From assembly GCA_045615605.1 (NCBI GenBank), contig JAZLFE010000071.1, positions 2,567-66,566 on the forward strand: a stretch of DNA of 64,000 nucleotides, written 5' to 3'. The DNA comes from Bacilli bacterium (GTDB lineage Bacteria; Bacillota_I; Bacilli_A; RFN20; CAG-826). Of this stretch, positions 54,908-64,000 are shown in pieces; positions within the stretch are counted from its first letter, which is position 1, and each line of letters begins with the position of its first letter. Under the pieces are notes generated by a model. The model saw nothing but the letters and a program-made list of their open reading frames with translations, searched no databases and had not been told where the DNA came from. A program made the position numbers and the translations under genes.

Positions 54908-56943
54908 AATAATCCTCCCCACACTCCAATTAAGGAAGCAATAAACCACGCTAATAATAATTCTCCTATCATTATAAGAATTACTTTCTTAATAGATTTA
55001 AGTTCTGCTTTCATAGTAGATATTGTAGCGATACAAGGTATAGAGAATAAATTAAATGTAGCATATGCAAAAGCGGTTAATGGAGTAAAACTATTTAATA
55101 TTGTCCCTCCTCCTGCTGCCTCAATAACTCTAATGGATGATATTACTTGTTCCTTTGCAATCAATCCTTGAATAGCGGAAACACTTGCCGCCCAATTCCA
55201 TTTGCAACCTAACATAGGATAGAAGAACCAAGCAAAGGTATTTCCAATACCTGCTAACATAGACTTATCTACAGTAATAATAGTTCCGTCAACGTATTGG
55301 AACTGCCAATTGAAGGATGACAATACACAAACTAAAACCGAGAAGAACACAACAACAGTACCAGCTCTTTTTACGAATGATAAAGTCTTATCACTTACAT
55401 CTCTAGCAACATACTTAGGGCTAGGCAATTTATAACTTGGTAGTTCACTAATAAATGTTGAATGTTCTTTCTTTTTGCTTACTTTTTTAATAAATAAAGC
55501 TGCAACAAAAATAATTATTATCGCCATTAAATAGAACAGAAGCGCTAAAGCAAAACCCCAGGTTGGAAAGAAGGTAGCACACACTAAGGAAATAATCGGA
55601 AGTTTAGCGCTACAAGGAATAAATGGTACTAAGGCGATTGTAGCCTTCTTTTCATTTTCGTCTTCAATAATTCTAGTAGTCATTACTCCTGGCACACTAC
55701 ACCCAGCGCCAACAATAAACGGAATTAATGACTTTCCAGATAGACCAATTTTATGGAATACACGATCAAGGAAGAAAGCGATACGAGACATATAACCAGT
55801 AGTTTCTAATATTGATAAACAAATAAATAACATTATTAATTGTGGAACAAAGGAGATAATCGCGCTAGCGCCAGCGATAACACCGTTAGTGAGTAGTCCT
55901 ATCGCCCATTTAGATGCACCAACGCTTGTCAACCAATTACCTAATAAATTAGATAATCCTGGAATAGTAATTCCTGAATCAAATTTAAAAGTACCAATAT
56001 TAATTGATAAATCACCACCATTAAAAGCTGCGTTAATTAATCCGCTTGTTAGTCCTCCGACTAACGAAATAGAAATAAAATAAACAACCGCCATTATAAA
56101 AATAAAGATAGGGATTGCTAAATATTTATTTAAGAAGATGCGATCAATACGATCGGTTTTAGTCTCTTTTCTTCTAGCGTATTGCACGCACTTCTTTCGC
56201 GCCTTAACAATATAATCGTAACGAAGGGAAGCGACTAATTGTTCACCATCCATTTCGTATTTCTTTTCAAGTGCAAGATGCATATCTTTTAATCTTTGAT
56301 CCATTAAAACACGGTAATCGCGATCTTCTTCTAATATTTTTACCGCACCAAAGCGTTTATGTAATTTACCTTTCTTAGTAGGTTTAATGCTTTTATATTC
56401 TTTTTGAACAGCGCTAATAAACTCTTCTACATCATCAGGATATATTGGTTTATGTTTATTCTTCTTATAACGATGATTAAAAATTACACTCTTCAAATTA
56501 TTAATTCCTTTACCAGTCATTGCAGATATTGGAACAATTGTCACTCCTAGTTCTTCTTCTAATTTTTTTAGATTAATTTTAATTCCACGATGGTCTAATA
56601 AATCAACCATATTTAATGCGACCACTACATCCGTATCTAATTCAAGTAATTGAGTAGTTAAGTATAAACTTCTTTCTAATTGAGTAGCATCAACAATATT
56701 AATAATTAAATCAATGTTTTCGTCTAAGACAAAACGACGAGATATTTCTTCTTCGCTTGTATAAGGAGACAAAGAATAAACACCTGGCAAATCAACAAGA
56801 GTGGAATTGTGTTTCTTAATAATCCCTTCTACTCTATCAATAGTTACGCCTGGCCAGTTACCCACTTTTTGATTAGAGCCGGTAAGCGCATTAAAAAGAG
56901 AAGTTTTTCCTGAATTTTGATTTCCAAATAGCGCTAATTTCAT
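54904..56943 (-). CDS. feoB: ferrous iron transporter FeoB
   Basis: N-terminal G-domain (KLALFGNQNSGKTSLFNALTG, DLPGVYSL), GDI-like region and a polytopic membrane domain. Length 679 aa. Confidence 0.9.
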   Translation of the reverse strand: MKLALFGNQNSGKTSLFNALTGSNQKVGNWPGVTIDRVEGIIKKHNSTLVDLPGVYSLSPYTSEEEISRRFVLDENIDLIINIVDATQLERSLYLTTQLLELDTDVVVALNMVDLLDHRGIKINLKKLEEELGVTIVPISAMTGKGINNLKSVIFNHRYKKNKHKPIYPDDVEEFISAVQKEYKSIKPTKKGKLHKRFGAVKILEEDRDYRVLMDQRLKDMHLALEKKYEMDGEQLVASLRYDYIVKARKKCVQYARRKETKTDRIDRIFLNKYLAIPIFIFIMAVVYFISISLVGGLTSGLINAAFNGGDLSINIGTFKFDSGITIPGLSNLLGNWLTSVGASKWAIGLLTNGVIAGASAIISFVPQLIMLFICLSILETTGYMSRIAFFLDRVFHKIGLSGKSLIPFIVGAGCSVPGVMTTRIIEDENEKKATIALVPFIPCSAKLPIISLVCATFFPTWGFALALLFYLMAIIIIFVAALFIKKVSKKKEHSTFISELPSYKLPSPKYVARDVSDKTLSFVKRAGTVVVFFSVLVCVLSSFNWQFQYVDGTIITVDKSMLAGIGNTFAWFFYPMLGCKWNWAASVSAIQGLIAKEQVISSIRVIEAAGGGTILNSFTPLTAFAYATFNLFSIPCIATISTMKAELKSIKKVILIMIGELLLAWFIASLIGVWGGLL

Positions 56944-57209
56944 AAGACTCTAATATCAATTCCTTCCATATCTACTTTACGAATACATAATTCATATCCG
57001 CGTAAACGAATATCAATTGGATCCCCTAACGGAGCGATTTTTTTAACTTCGATTATTACTCCTTTAGTGATACCCATGTCTAATAAGCGACGACGCAACG
57101 CTGCGTTATCATTATGAAAATCTAGGACGATGCATTTTTGTCCTCTACGTAAATCGCTTAAGTGACCTTCATCACCGCTATGTAAAATGACACGTTTTGT
57201 CTTCTTCAT
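56940..57209 (-). CDS. feoA: FeoA-family protein
   Basis: SH3-like FeoA pattern (GQKCIVLDFHNDNAALRRRLLDMGITKGVIIEVKKIAPLGDPIDIRLRGYEL). The internal ATG is the preferred start because the tracked start is a TTG. Confidence 0.75.
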   Translation of the reverse strand: MKKTKRVILHSGDEGHLSDLRRGQKCIVLDFHNDNAALRRRLLDMGITKGVIIEVKKIAPLGDPIDIRLRGYELCIRKVDMEGIDIRVL

Positions 57210-57291
57210 AAAAAAGTTAACTATGGTTAACAATTATATTTTAATGAAACGCATATTTTAGTCAACTAAAATTGTAATTATACAATTAACA

Positions 57292-57678
57292 ATGTATTAT
57301 GAAATAGTAATGGACCTAAGTAAATCAATTGAAGATTATCTTGAAGCTATTTTAGTTTTAAGTAAGGATCATAAGCAAGTTCATTCAATTGAAATTGCTA
57401 AATTTTTAAAAGTCAGTAAACCTGCAGTGGCTAAATATTTAAAACATTTAGCGAATTTAAAATTTATTAAAAAAACTAACTACTCGGATGTAGCCTTAAC
57501 TAAGAAAGGCAAAATATACGCTGAAAAAGTTTATTATCGTCATATCACGATTAAAAAGTTCTTGTTGTCTCTTGGCGTTAGTGAAAAAATGGCCAGTATT
57601 GATTGTTGCAAAATTGAACACGTCATCAGTGACGAGACGTTAAAAGCAATTGATAAATATTTAAAAATTAAAGCTTAA
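57292..57678 (+). CDS. DtxR/MntR-family metal-dependent transcriptional repressor (DNA-binding and dimerisation domains only)
   Basis: N-terminal winged helix typical of DtxR/MntR (SKSIEDYLEAILVLSKDHKQVHSIEIAKFLKVSKPAVAKYLKHL). Divergent from feoAB. Confidence 0.7.
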   Translation: MYYEIVMDLSKSIEDYLEAILVLSKDHKQVHSIEIAKFLKVSKPAVAKYLKHLANLKFIKKTNYSDVALTKKGKIYAEKVYYRHITIKKFLLSLGVSEKMASIDCCKIEHVISDETLKAIDKYLKIKA

Positions 57679-58444
57679 CGCTTTTTTTGTTATTTAGAAT
57701 AATATAACCATTTTTATTAGTAGGATCTTTACGGTTATATAACATTTTTTCTCCATTAGAATCAGTAAAAATTCCTCCGGCTTCAGTAACAATAATTTGT
57801 GAAGCAGCGGTATCCCATTCTTTAGTTTTATTACTTAAAATCATCGCTAATTCAGCTTCGCCTTTAGCGATAAGACACGCTTTAATCGCGGAACCAACAA
57901 ATTTTCTTTCTTGAATTCGTCTTCCTAAACGATTGTAATATAATTCTTCTTTATTGCTATGATGACTACGAGAAAGACAGACTCTTATATCTCTATATCT
58001 ACGAGAGACATGAATTTGTTTTATCTTGCCATCTTTAGAATAGAATGCTCCACCATGTCTAGTCGCATAAAATACTTCATCAGTCATAGGTATAATGACC
58101 ACACCTAAAACTACTTTGTGTTTGTGCACTAACGCAATATTAATAGTAAATTCATTATTCTTTTCAACAAAGTTAACAGTACCATCAAGTGGATCAACAA
58201 CCCAAACATTATCAACTTTTAAGCGCTTTAAATTATCAAAGCTTTCTTCGCTTAAAACTGCATATAAAGGATATTCTTTTTGTAAATATTCAGTAATGAT
58301 TTTATTAGCTGCTAAATCAGCATTAGTAACGGGAGAATTATCTTTTTTTATATCGACCTTAAAATTAGTCTTATAAATTTTAACGATTTCTCTTTTAGCA
58401 AGTTCACCCGCTTTAATAGCGGTTGCTAGTTGTTTCCCCCACAT
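57668..58444 (-). CDS. inositol monophosphatase / CysQ-family phosphatase
   Basis: IMPase motifs WVVDPLDGT and the WDTAA region. Length 258 aa. Confidence 0.75.
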   Translation of the reverse strand: MWGKQLATAIKAGELAKREIVKIYKTNFKVDIKKDNSPVTNADLAANKIITEYLQKEYPLYAVLSEESFDNLKRLKVDNVWVVDPLDGTVNFVEKNNEFTINIALVHKHKVVLGVVIIPMTDEVFYATRHGGAFYSKDGKIKQIHVSRRYRDIRVCLSRSHHSNKEELYYNRLGRRIQERKFVGSAIKACLIAKGEAELAMILSNKTKEWDTAASQIIVTEAGGIFTDSNGEKMLYNRKDPTNKNGYIILNNKKSVKL

Positions 58445-58446
58445 TA

Positions 58447-59352
58447 TTAAGCAGCTCTATTATTGCAACCAAAGACCGCGCATTTAGCGGTAACAACATT
58501 GGCGATACCTTTCTTACCAGGACCAATAACCTTACGAGGATCGTAGACTTTTTCATCTTTCGCTAAAACGTCGCGGACGATTTTAGTCCATTCTTGTTGA
58601 CACTCAGTATTAACGTTAATCTTAGCAGTACCACGATCAATTGCTTTACGTAATTGTTCATCTGGTATGCCAGAACCACCATGTAACACTAGTGGAATAC
58701 CTAATAAGTTATTAATCTTTTCCATTTCAGGGAAACCAAGTTTAGGCTCACCATGATATGGTCCATGAACGCTACCTAATGCCGGAGCTAGGCAGTCAAC
58801 ACTAGTCTCAGCGACTAATTTAACGCATTCAGCGGGATCAGCATATAAGACGCCTTGAGAAGCAACATTATCTTCTTGTCCACCAACGTGACCAAGTTCA
58901 GCTTCAACTGAAACACCACGGCTATGAGCATATTGAACGACTTGTTTAACAATCTCAATATTCTTCTCTAGTGGATATTTAGAAGCATCAATCATGACGC
59001 TAGAGAAGCCAGCATCAATCGCTGCTTTACAAGCTTCATAACTTGAACCATGATCTAAGTGTAATGCGACTGGAACAGTTATTTTCTTATCACGAATATA
59101 ACCTTCAACAATACCAACAACGGTATGCCATCCGCCCATATATTTCATAGCGCCTTCGCTAACACCCAGAATAACTGGTGCCTTTAATTCTTGAACTTTA
59201 TCAAGAATAGCGCCAACCCATTCAACGTTATTAATGTTGAATTGACCAACAGCGTAATGACCAGCACGTGCTTTAATAAGCATTTCTTTCATGCTGACTA
59301 AGTGAGTCACTGGACGACCAGTAAACACAGTTTTGAAATCTCTTAAACTCAT
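58447..59352 (-). CDS. fba: class II fructose-bisphosphate aldolase
   Basis: [25 protein letters not shown], the zinc-ligand regions LHLDHG and HGGSG, 301 aa. A strong SD (aggagga) lies upstream of the annotated ATG. Confidence 0.9.
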   Translation of the reverse strand: MSLRDFKTVFTGRPVTHLVSMKEMLIKARAGHYAVGQFNINNVEWVGAILDKVQELKAPVILGVSEGAMKYMGGWHTVVGIVEGYIRDKKITVPVALHLDHGSSYEACKAAIDAGFSSVMIDASKYPLEKNIEIVKQVVQYAHSRGVSVEAELGHVGGQEDNVASQGVLYADPAECVKLVAETSVDCLAPALGSVHGPYHGEPKLGFPEMEKINNLLGIPLVLHGGSGIPDEQLRKAIDRGTAKINVNTECQQEWTKIVRDVLAKDEKVYDPRKVIGPGKKGIANVVTAKCAVFGCNNRAA

Positions 59353-59376
59353 ATTTTTAAATCCTCCTAATATAAG

Positions 59377-59721
59377 TTATAAATTAGCCCCTTCATCAGC
59401 GGGAGCATCTTCTTTTTTAGTTTCGCCTTCTTCATCATCATCGCCTTCAGTCTCTTCTTCTAAGTCATTATAGAAATCACTTAAATCAACATGAACCTTA
59501 TCAAAAGGTAAACGATCACGAAGACTCCATTTGTTATTGCCTAATGCTACAAAACGTCCATCAAGGGATAACTGAGTGTAGAAATTAGGTAATGCTTTAG
59601 TTTTCTCTTCTTCATTTAATTCTGCTTTCTTGCTAACAGATGCCCAAAGAGTAGAAAAACTAATAGACTTCTTTTCTTGCATAATTTCGTATGCATATTC
59701 AATCATTGCTTTCTCTGCCAT
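59377..59721 (-). CDS. rpoE: DNA-directed RNA polymerase delta subunit
   Basis: N-terminal HARE-HTH-like domain aligning with B. subtilis RpoE (start MAEKAMIEYAYEIM with SD aaggaga) and an acidic C-terminal tail (EEETEGDDDEEGETKKED). Confidence 0.8.
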   Translation of the reverse strand: MAEKAMIEYAYEIMQEKKSISFSTLWASVSKKAELNEEEKTKALPNFYTQLSLDGRFVALGNNKWSLRDRLPFDKVHVDLSDFYNDLEEETEGDDDEEGETKKEDAPADEGANL

Positions 59722-59731
59722 AATTTTCTCC

Positions 59732-61354
59732 TTACATCTTATCGGGTGCATTAACCCCAATTAATTTTAATGCGTTATATAGAACTACCTTACTAGCTTC
59801 TACTAACCCTAAACGATTAGCGGTTAACTCAAGGTTATCTCTATTTACAATGCGACATTCATTATAGAATGAATGAATTAAAGTTGCTAGTGAATGTATA
59901 AAAATTGTTAATTTATGAACTTCATGAGATTTTGCAATACTTTGGACTACGTTAGGGAATTCTTGTAAAATTTTTAAAATATCCAATTCAATTTTTTCTT
60001 TTAACAATTTGCCAGAATAGTCAATTTTAATGTCCTTAGCAAGTTCAAGAACATTGTGCAAACGAGCATGAGCGTACATAGCATAATAAACTGGGTTATC
60101 ACTTGTTTTAGATTTCGCTAAAGCATAATCAAAATCTAGATGAGAGGTATTACTTCTTGCAACAAAGAAATATCTTACGGCATCAACACCTACTTCTTCA
60201 CATAATTCTCGTAGGGTAATAGCGTTCCCGGTTCTTTTGCTCATTTTAACTTCAACACCCTTATCCATTAAACGAACTACTTGAATAAGAGGTACTTCAA
60301 GAGTTTCCTTCTTATATCCTTTCATCATAAGCGCACTCTTCATACGATTAATATAACCATGATGATCTGCGCCAAGGACATCAATTAAATAATCAAATTT
60401 TCTACTTAATTTATTGTAATGATAAGCGATATCAGGAAGGAAGTAAGTATAGTCGCCATTACTTTTAACAATAGGACGATCTTTATCATCTAAGTAGTCA
60501 GTAGTCTTAAGTATTTTCGCCCCACCATCTTCATAAATATGGGGTTTTAGTTCTTCAAGAGCTTTTTCTATTTCTCCGCTTTTTCTTATGTTAGTCTCAA
60601 AAGAAAAAACATCAAATTTAACTCTAAATAAATCTAAATCTTTTTTAATTCCTTCAAGTTCAAGTGCTTTTCCTTCGTTTGTTATTTTTTCTAAATTATC
60701 TTTATTATGTTCAAGTAAAGTATCTTGATATTTATCTTTAAATAATTTAGCGATTTCAATAACATCTTCACCCATATATCCATCTAATGGAATAACCGCC
60801 TTTTGTCCGAATAATTCAATATATCTTTGATAAATAGATTCACCTAAATTAGCGATTTGATTACCAGCGTCGTTAACATAGTATTCACGAGTAATGTTAT
60901 AACCAGCGAATTCCATAATGCGCGCTAATGAATCTCCATACGCAGCACAACGAGCGTGGCCAACATGAAGATGACCAGTAGGATTTGCGCTAACAAATTC
61001 AATATTAATTTTTTCTTTTTTCTTTTCGCCTTGTCCAAATTTTTCGTTTAATTTTACAATGTCTTCAATAATAGAAGTAACTTGATCGGAATTTAAAAAG
61101 AAATTAATAAAACCAGGTTTAGCGACTTCAATCTTTTTAAACATCGTTTTATCAATTGCATCAATAATTTTATTCGCTGTATCTATTGGAGTAGGACCGA
61201 TTTGTTTATTCACTTTAAAAGCGATGTTAGATGCATAATCACCATGACTAGGATCTTTAGAATGATCAATAATGATGTTATTAGTCTCAAAAACAATTTC
61301 TAGTTTCTTTAAGGCCTTATTTATTTCTTCTTTAATAGTTAATTCTATAGCCAT
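59732..61354 (-). CDS. argS: arginine--tRNA ligase
   Basis: Class I HIGH region (ANPTGHLHVGHAR), the DALR anticodon-binding domain at the C-terminus, 540 aa. Confidence 0.9.
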   Translation of the reverse strand: MAIELTIKEEINKALKKLEIVFETNNIIIDHSKDPSHGDYASNIAFKVNKQIGPTPIDTANKIIDAIDKTMFKKIEVAKPGFINFFLNSDQVTSIIEDIVKLNEKFGQGEKKKEKINIEFVSANPTGHLHVGHARCAAYGDSLARIMEFAGYNITREYYVNDAGNQIANLGESIYQRYIELFGQKAVIPLDGYMGEDVIEIAKLFKDKYQDTLLEHNKDNLEKITNEGKALELEGIKKDLDLFRVKFDVFSFETNIRKSGEIEKALEELKPHIYEDGGAKILKTTDYLDDKDRPIVKSNGDYTYFLPDIAYHYNKLSRKFDYLIDVLGADHHGYINRMKSALMMKGYKKETLEVPLIQVVRLMDKGVEVKMSKRTGNAITLRELCEEVGVDAVRYFFVARSNTSHLDFDYALAKSKTSDNPVYYAMYAHARLHNVLELAKDIKIDYSGKLLKEKIELDILKILQEFPNVVQSIAKSHEVHKLTIFIHSLATLIHSFYNECRIVNRDNLELTANRLGLVEASKVVLYNALKLIGVNAPDKM

Positions 61355-61355
61355 A

Positions 61356-61829
61356 TTACTTCTTTAAGAGCACTACTGCATAAGCAATAACCGCTTCTCC
61401 TTTTCCTGTTGCGCATAATCCTTCATTAGTATTCGCTTTAACACTAATTTGATCTAATTTAATATTTAATGTTTTAGCGATATTAGATCTAATTTTATCA
61501 ATGTAATTTGCTAATTTAGGTTTCTCGATTTCAATACTAGCGTCAATATTTTCAATTTTGTATTTAAGTTTTTTAATTCTCTTATTAGCATCAATTAATA
61601 TTTCTTTACTAGCAATGTTTTTATATTTCTTATCGTTAGTTGGATAAAATTTTCCTAAGTCTCCTAACGCAGCAGCGCCTAACAAGGCTTCCGCAATCGC
61701 ATGAATCAAAACATCACCATCAGAATGAGCCAATTCTCCTTTAGAAAAAGGAATATGAACTCCTCCAAGCATTAGTTTTTTATTTTTAACTAATCTATGT
61801 ATATCTTTTGCAAATCCTATTCTCATCAT
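61356..61829 (-). CDS. ispF: 2-C-methyl-D-erythritol 2,4-cyclodiphosphate synthase
   Basis: RIGFAKDIHRL..GGV.IP...L.HSDGDVL.HA family motifs. Length 157 aa. Confidence 0.85.
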   Translation of the reverse strand: MMRIGFAKDIHRLVKNKKLMLGGVHIPFSKGELAHSDGDVLIHAIAEALLGAAALGDLGKFYPTNDKKYKNIASKEILIDANKRIKKLKYKIENIDASIEIEKPKLANYIDKIRSNIAKTLNIKLDQISVKANTNEGLCATGKGEAVIAYAVVLLKK

Positions 61830-61831
61830 AA

Positions 61832-62944
61832 TTATTTAGTTACATTAAATTTAAAGAAGACACAGTCACCGTCTTGGAAAACATAATCTTTTCCTTCCAT
61901 ACGCAATTTACCATTTTCTTTAATCGCTTGCTCACTTCCAAAATTCTTAAAATCTTCATAAGAATAAATTTCAGCCTTAATAAAACCTTTTTCAAAATCA
62001 GTATGGATAATCCCAGCGCATTGGGGAGCTTTCATCCCGTTTTTAAATGTCCAAGCGCGGCATTCATCTTTGCCGACCGTAAAGAATGTAGATAAATCTA
62101 ATAATTTATAACAAGCTTTAACTAATTTATTTAAACCAGATTCAGTCTGATTTAGCGAAGATAGAAATTCCGCTCTTTCTTCAACAGGAAGAGTGGAAAT
62201 TTGGTATTCAATTTCGCAAGAGATTGGAAGAGTTTGAGCGCTTTCTTTCTTAGCATAATCTACAACTTGTTGATATAACTTTGATTGCGCAATATTTGCA
62301 TAATCTTCTTCCGAGACATTCGCGACATAGATAATAGGCTTTAAAGATAATAGATGCATTTGATGGAATAAATAATCTCTTTCTTCTTCGTTCATTTCAA
62401 GTGTTCTAAGAGATTTACCACTTTCAACACATTCTTTTGCGTGTATTAAACATTGATATTCAAACATTGAATCTTTATCTTTTTGTACGCGAGCCTTTGT
62501 CTCAACTTTACCTATTCTTTTATTAATCGTATCTAAGTCCGCTAAAGCTAATTCTAGATTGATTGTTTCAATATCACGGACAGGATTAATATCATTTTCA
62601 ACATGAATAATGTCAGGATTAATAAAACATCTTACAACTTCAACGATCATGTCGCATTCACGAATATGGGATAAAAATTGATTGCCTAATCCTTCGCCTT
62701 TTGAAGCGCCTTTAACTAATCCAGCAATATCATAAAATTCAAACGTCGCGTATATAGTTTTTAATGGTTCAAATGCTTTTGATAGACGATCTAAACGTTC
62801 ATCAGGAACCACCACTACCCCAGTGTTCGGATTGATAGTAGCGAATGGGTAATTAGCGGCTTCAACATGGCTATTTGTAATAGCATTAAAAAGGGTAGAC
62901 TTCCCGACATTTGGTAAACCGACAATACCTGCTTTTAGTGACAT
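61832..62944 (-). CDS. ychF: ribosome-binding ATPase YchF (Obg-family GTPase)
   Basis: G1 motif GIVGLPNVGKSTLFNA and a C-terminal TGS domain. Length 370 aa. Confidence 0.9.
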   Translation of the reverse strand: MSLKAGIVGLPNVGKSTLFNAITNSHVEAANYPFATINPNTGVVVVPDERLDRLSKAFEPLKTIYATFEFYDIAGLVKGASKGEGLGNQFLSHIRECDMIVEVVRCFINPDIIHVENDINPVRDIETINLELALADLDTINKRIGKVETKARVQKDKDSMFEYQCLIHAKECVESGKSLRTLEMNEEERDYLFHQMHLLSLKPIIYVANVSEEDYANIAQSKLYQQVVDYAKKESAQTLPISCEIEYQISTLPVEERAEFLSSLNQTESGLNKLVKACYKLLDLSTFFTVGKDECRAWTFKNGMKAPQCAGIIHTDFEKGFIKAEIYSYEDFKNFGSEQAIKENGKLRMEGKDYVFQDGDCVFFKFNVTK

Positions 62945-62990
62945 AATAATAATTATTATAACAATAATTATTTTTTTGTAAAAAATTATA

Positions 62991-64000
62991 TTAGTTTTTT
63001 ATTATTTTTTTAATTGCGATATTGCTAATAATAAAGCTGATAATGATTGGCAATAAAATTCCAATTATTGATATGATAAAAATCGGTAAAACGTTAATTG
63101 AAATAGAAGAAGCGACTCCAAAGTAGTTCCCTAAAAACTTCGATAAAAAGATTTGAAATATTAATAATTCTCCAATTGAAGTAAATGTAGTAATCAAAGA
63201 AATTACTAATGATTGAGAAACTATATATTGATTAATAGCCTTATTATTATGCCCAAGATGTTTTAATAATTTAACTTCATTAATACTTTCAATGGCGTTC
63301 AAATAAGAAATTAATGCTAGTAAAAGAATAGTGATAATTAATGAGATAAACGAGAATGTAATTGCGATGCTACTTATATAACTCATTGTCTCATCAACCG
63401 TTGCTCCTATTTCTTGAAGAGGACACGAAAAATTATATTCACGAAAAGAGGCTGAAAGATCAGCGATTAATAAATCAATATTAGTGTTATCTAATAAATT
63501 AATAATCATACTTGTAGGCACTAAATTAAATGAAGAGACTCCTAATTTATCTCGGAAAAATGAGATAGAAAAAAGAGGATAGTGGTAAACATAATTTTTC
63601 TCATCTTCTTTAATTCCTACAATCCTAAATTTATTTAAAATAACTTCTTCTAATGTGGAAGAATAAACTGAATAATATAAATCTTGATATAAGGGATTTT
63701 TAGTATATCCAAGTGTTTTAATTAAACCAGTAGAGACAACAATTTCGTTATAGTTATTAGGAGTCTCGCCTTGTTTAATATCATCTAAATCACTAGAGAA
63801 TAAAACTGAATTCTTACTAAATCTAGTTATACCTCCAATAGCAGTTTCGGGGAAATCTTCCATTTCTCCTTCTATTTGTTTAGAGAAATAATCTCCTACT
63901 GCAAAAGCTTTATCTTCCGAAAAAGAAAAAGCGATATTATTACTAAAACCATTAATCATTCCTGAAGAATGCATTTGATAACCACCTTGAGTGGATAAAT
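62991..64000 (-). CDS. ABC transporter permease, FtsX-like family (N-terminus runs off the right edge of the window)
   Basis: C-terminal FtsX-type 3-TM bundle (LISYLNAIESINEVKLLKHLGHNNKAINQYIVSQSLVISL...). The ORF remains open to the end of the window. Confidence 0.6.
   Translation of the reverse strand, partial: LSTQGGYQMHSSGMINGFSNNIAFSFSEDKAFAVGDYFSKQIEGEMEDFPETAIGGITRFSKNSVLFSSDLDDIKQGETPNNYNEIVVSTGLIKTLGYTKNPLYQDLYYSVYSSTLEEVILNKFRIVGIKEDEKNYVYHYPLFSISFFRDKLGVSSFNLVPTSMIINLLDNTNIDLLIADLSASFREYNFSCPLQEIGATVDETMSYISSIAITFSFISLIITILLLALISYLNAIESINEVKLLKHLGHNNKAINQYIVSQSLVISLITTFTSIGELLIFQIFLSKFLGNYFGVASSISINVLPIFIISIIGILLPIIISFIISNIAIKKIIKN

Noticed and set aside
1-64000. TGA read as tryptophan (Mycoplasma code)
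   Set aside because: All conserved genes are full length with the standard code, and Trp positions are TGG.

Overview
This is an AT-rich (~27-30% GC) chromosomal window from a low-GC Firmicutes/Mollicutes-like bacterium. Many proteins carry lipoprotein signal peptides, the RNA polymerase delta subunit and a suf operon are present, and purine salvage genes are found without de novo synthesis genes. Long ORFs read through intact with the standard code, so TGA is a stop and not Trp. Gene density is high. The window mixes housekeeping operons (glyA-cadA-xpt-hpt, sufCDSUB, dnaX-ybaB-recR-tmk-holB-ricT-rsmI, ychF-ispF-argS-rpoE, mnmG-rsmG, parAB, feoAB, fba, gltX) with carbohydrate-utilisation genes (xylA, a transporter and xylB; a sugar ABC transporter with two paralogous lipoprotein binding proteins; a GH127 beta-L-arabinofuranosidase with a GPH symporter; a lipoprotein mutarotase). 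There are five tRNA genes: an Ile-Val-Thr cluster, tRNA-Glu next to gltX, and tRNA-Gly. No CRISPR array, IS element or prophage is evident. The most unusual items are three 19-bp direct repeats phased at exactly 33 bp upstream of xylA, a DUF1538 membrane protein operon with two PII-like signal proteins, a DUF4160/DUF2442-HTH gene pair, a membrane-sensor PP2C phosphatase followed by a membrane-DUF2188 fusion protein, and an ABC permease fused to a ~330-aa K/E-rich coiled-coil domain.
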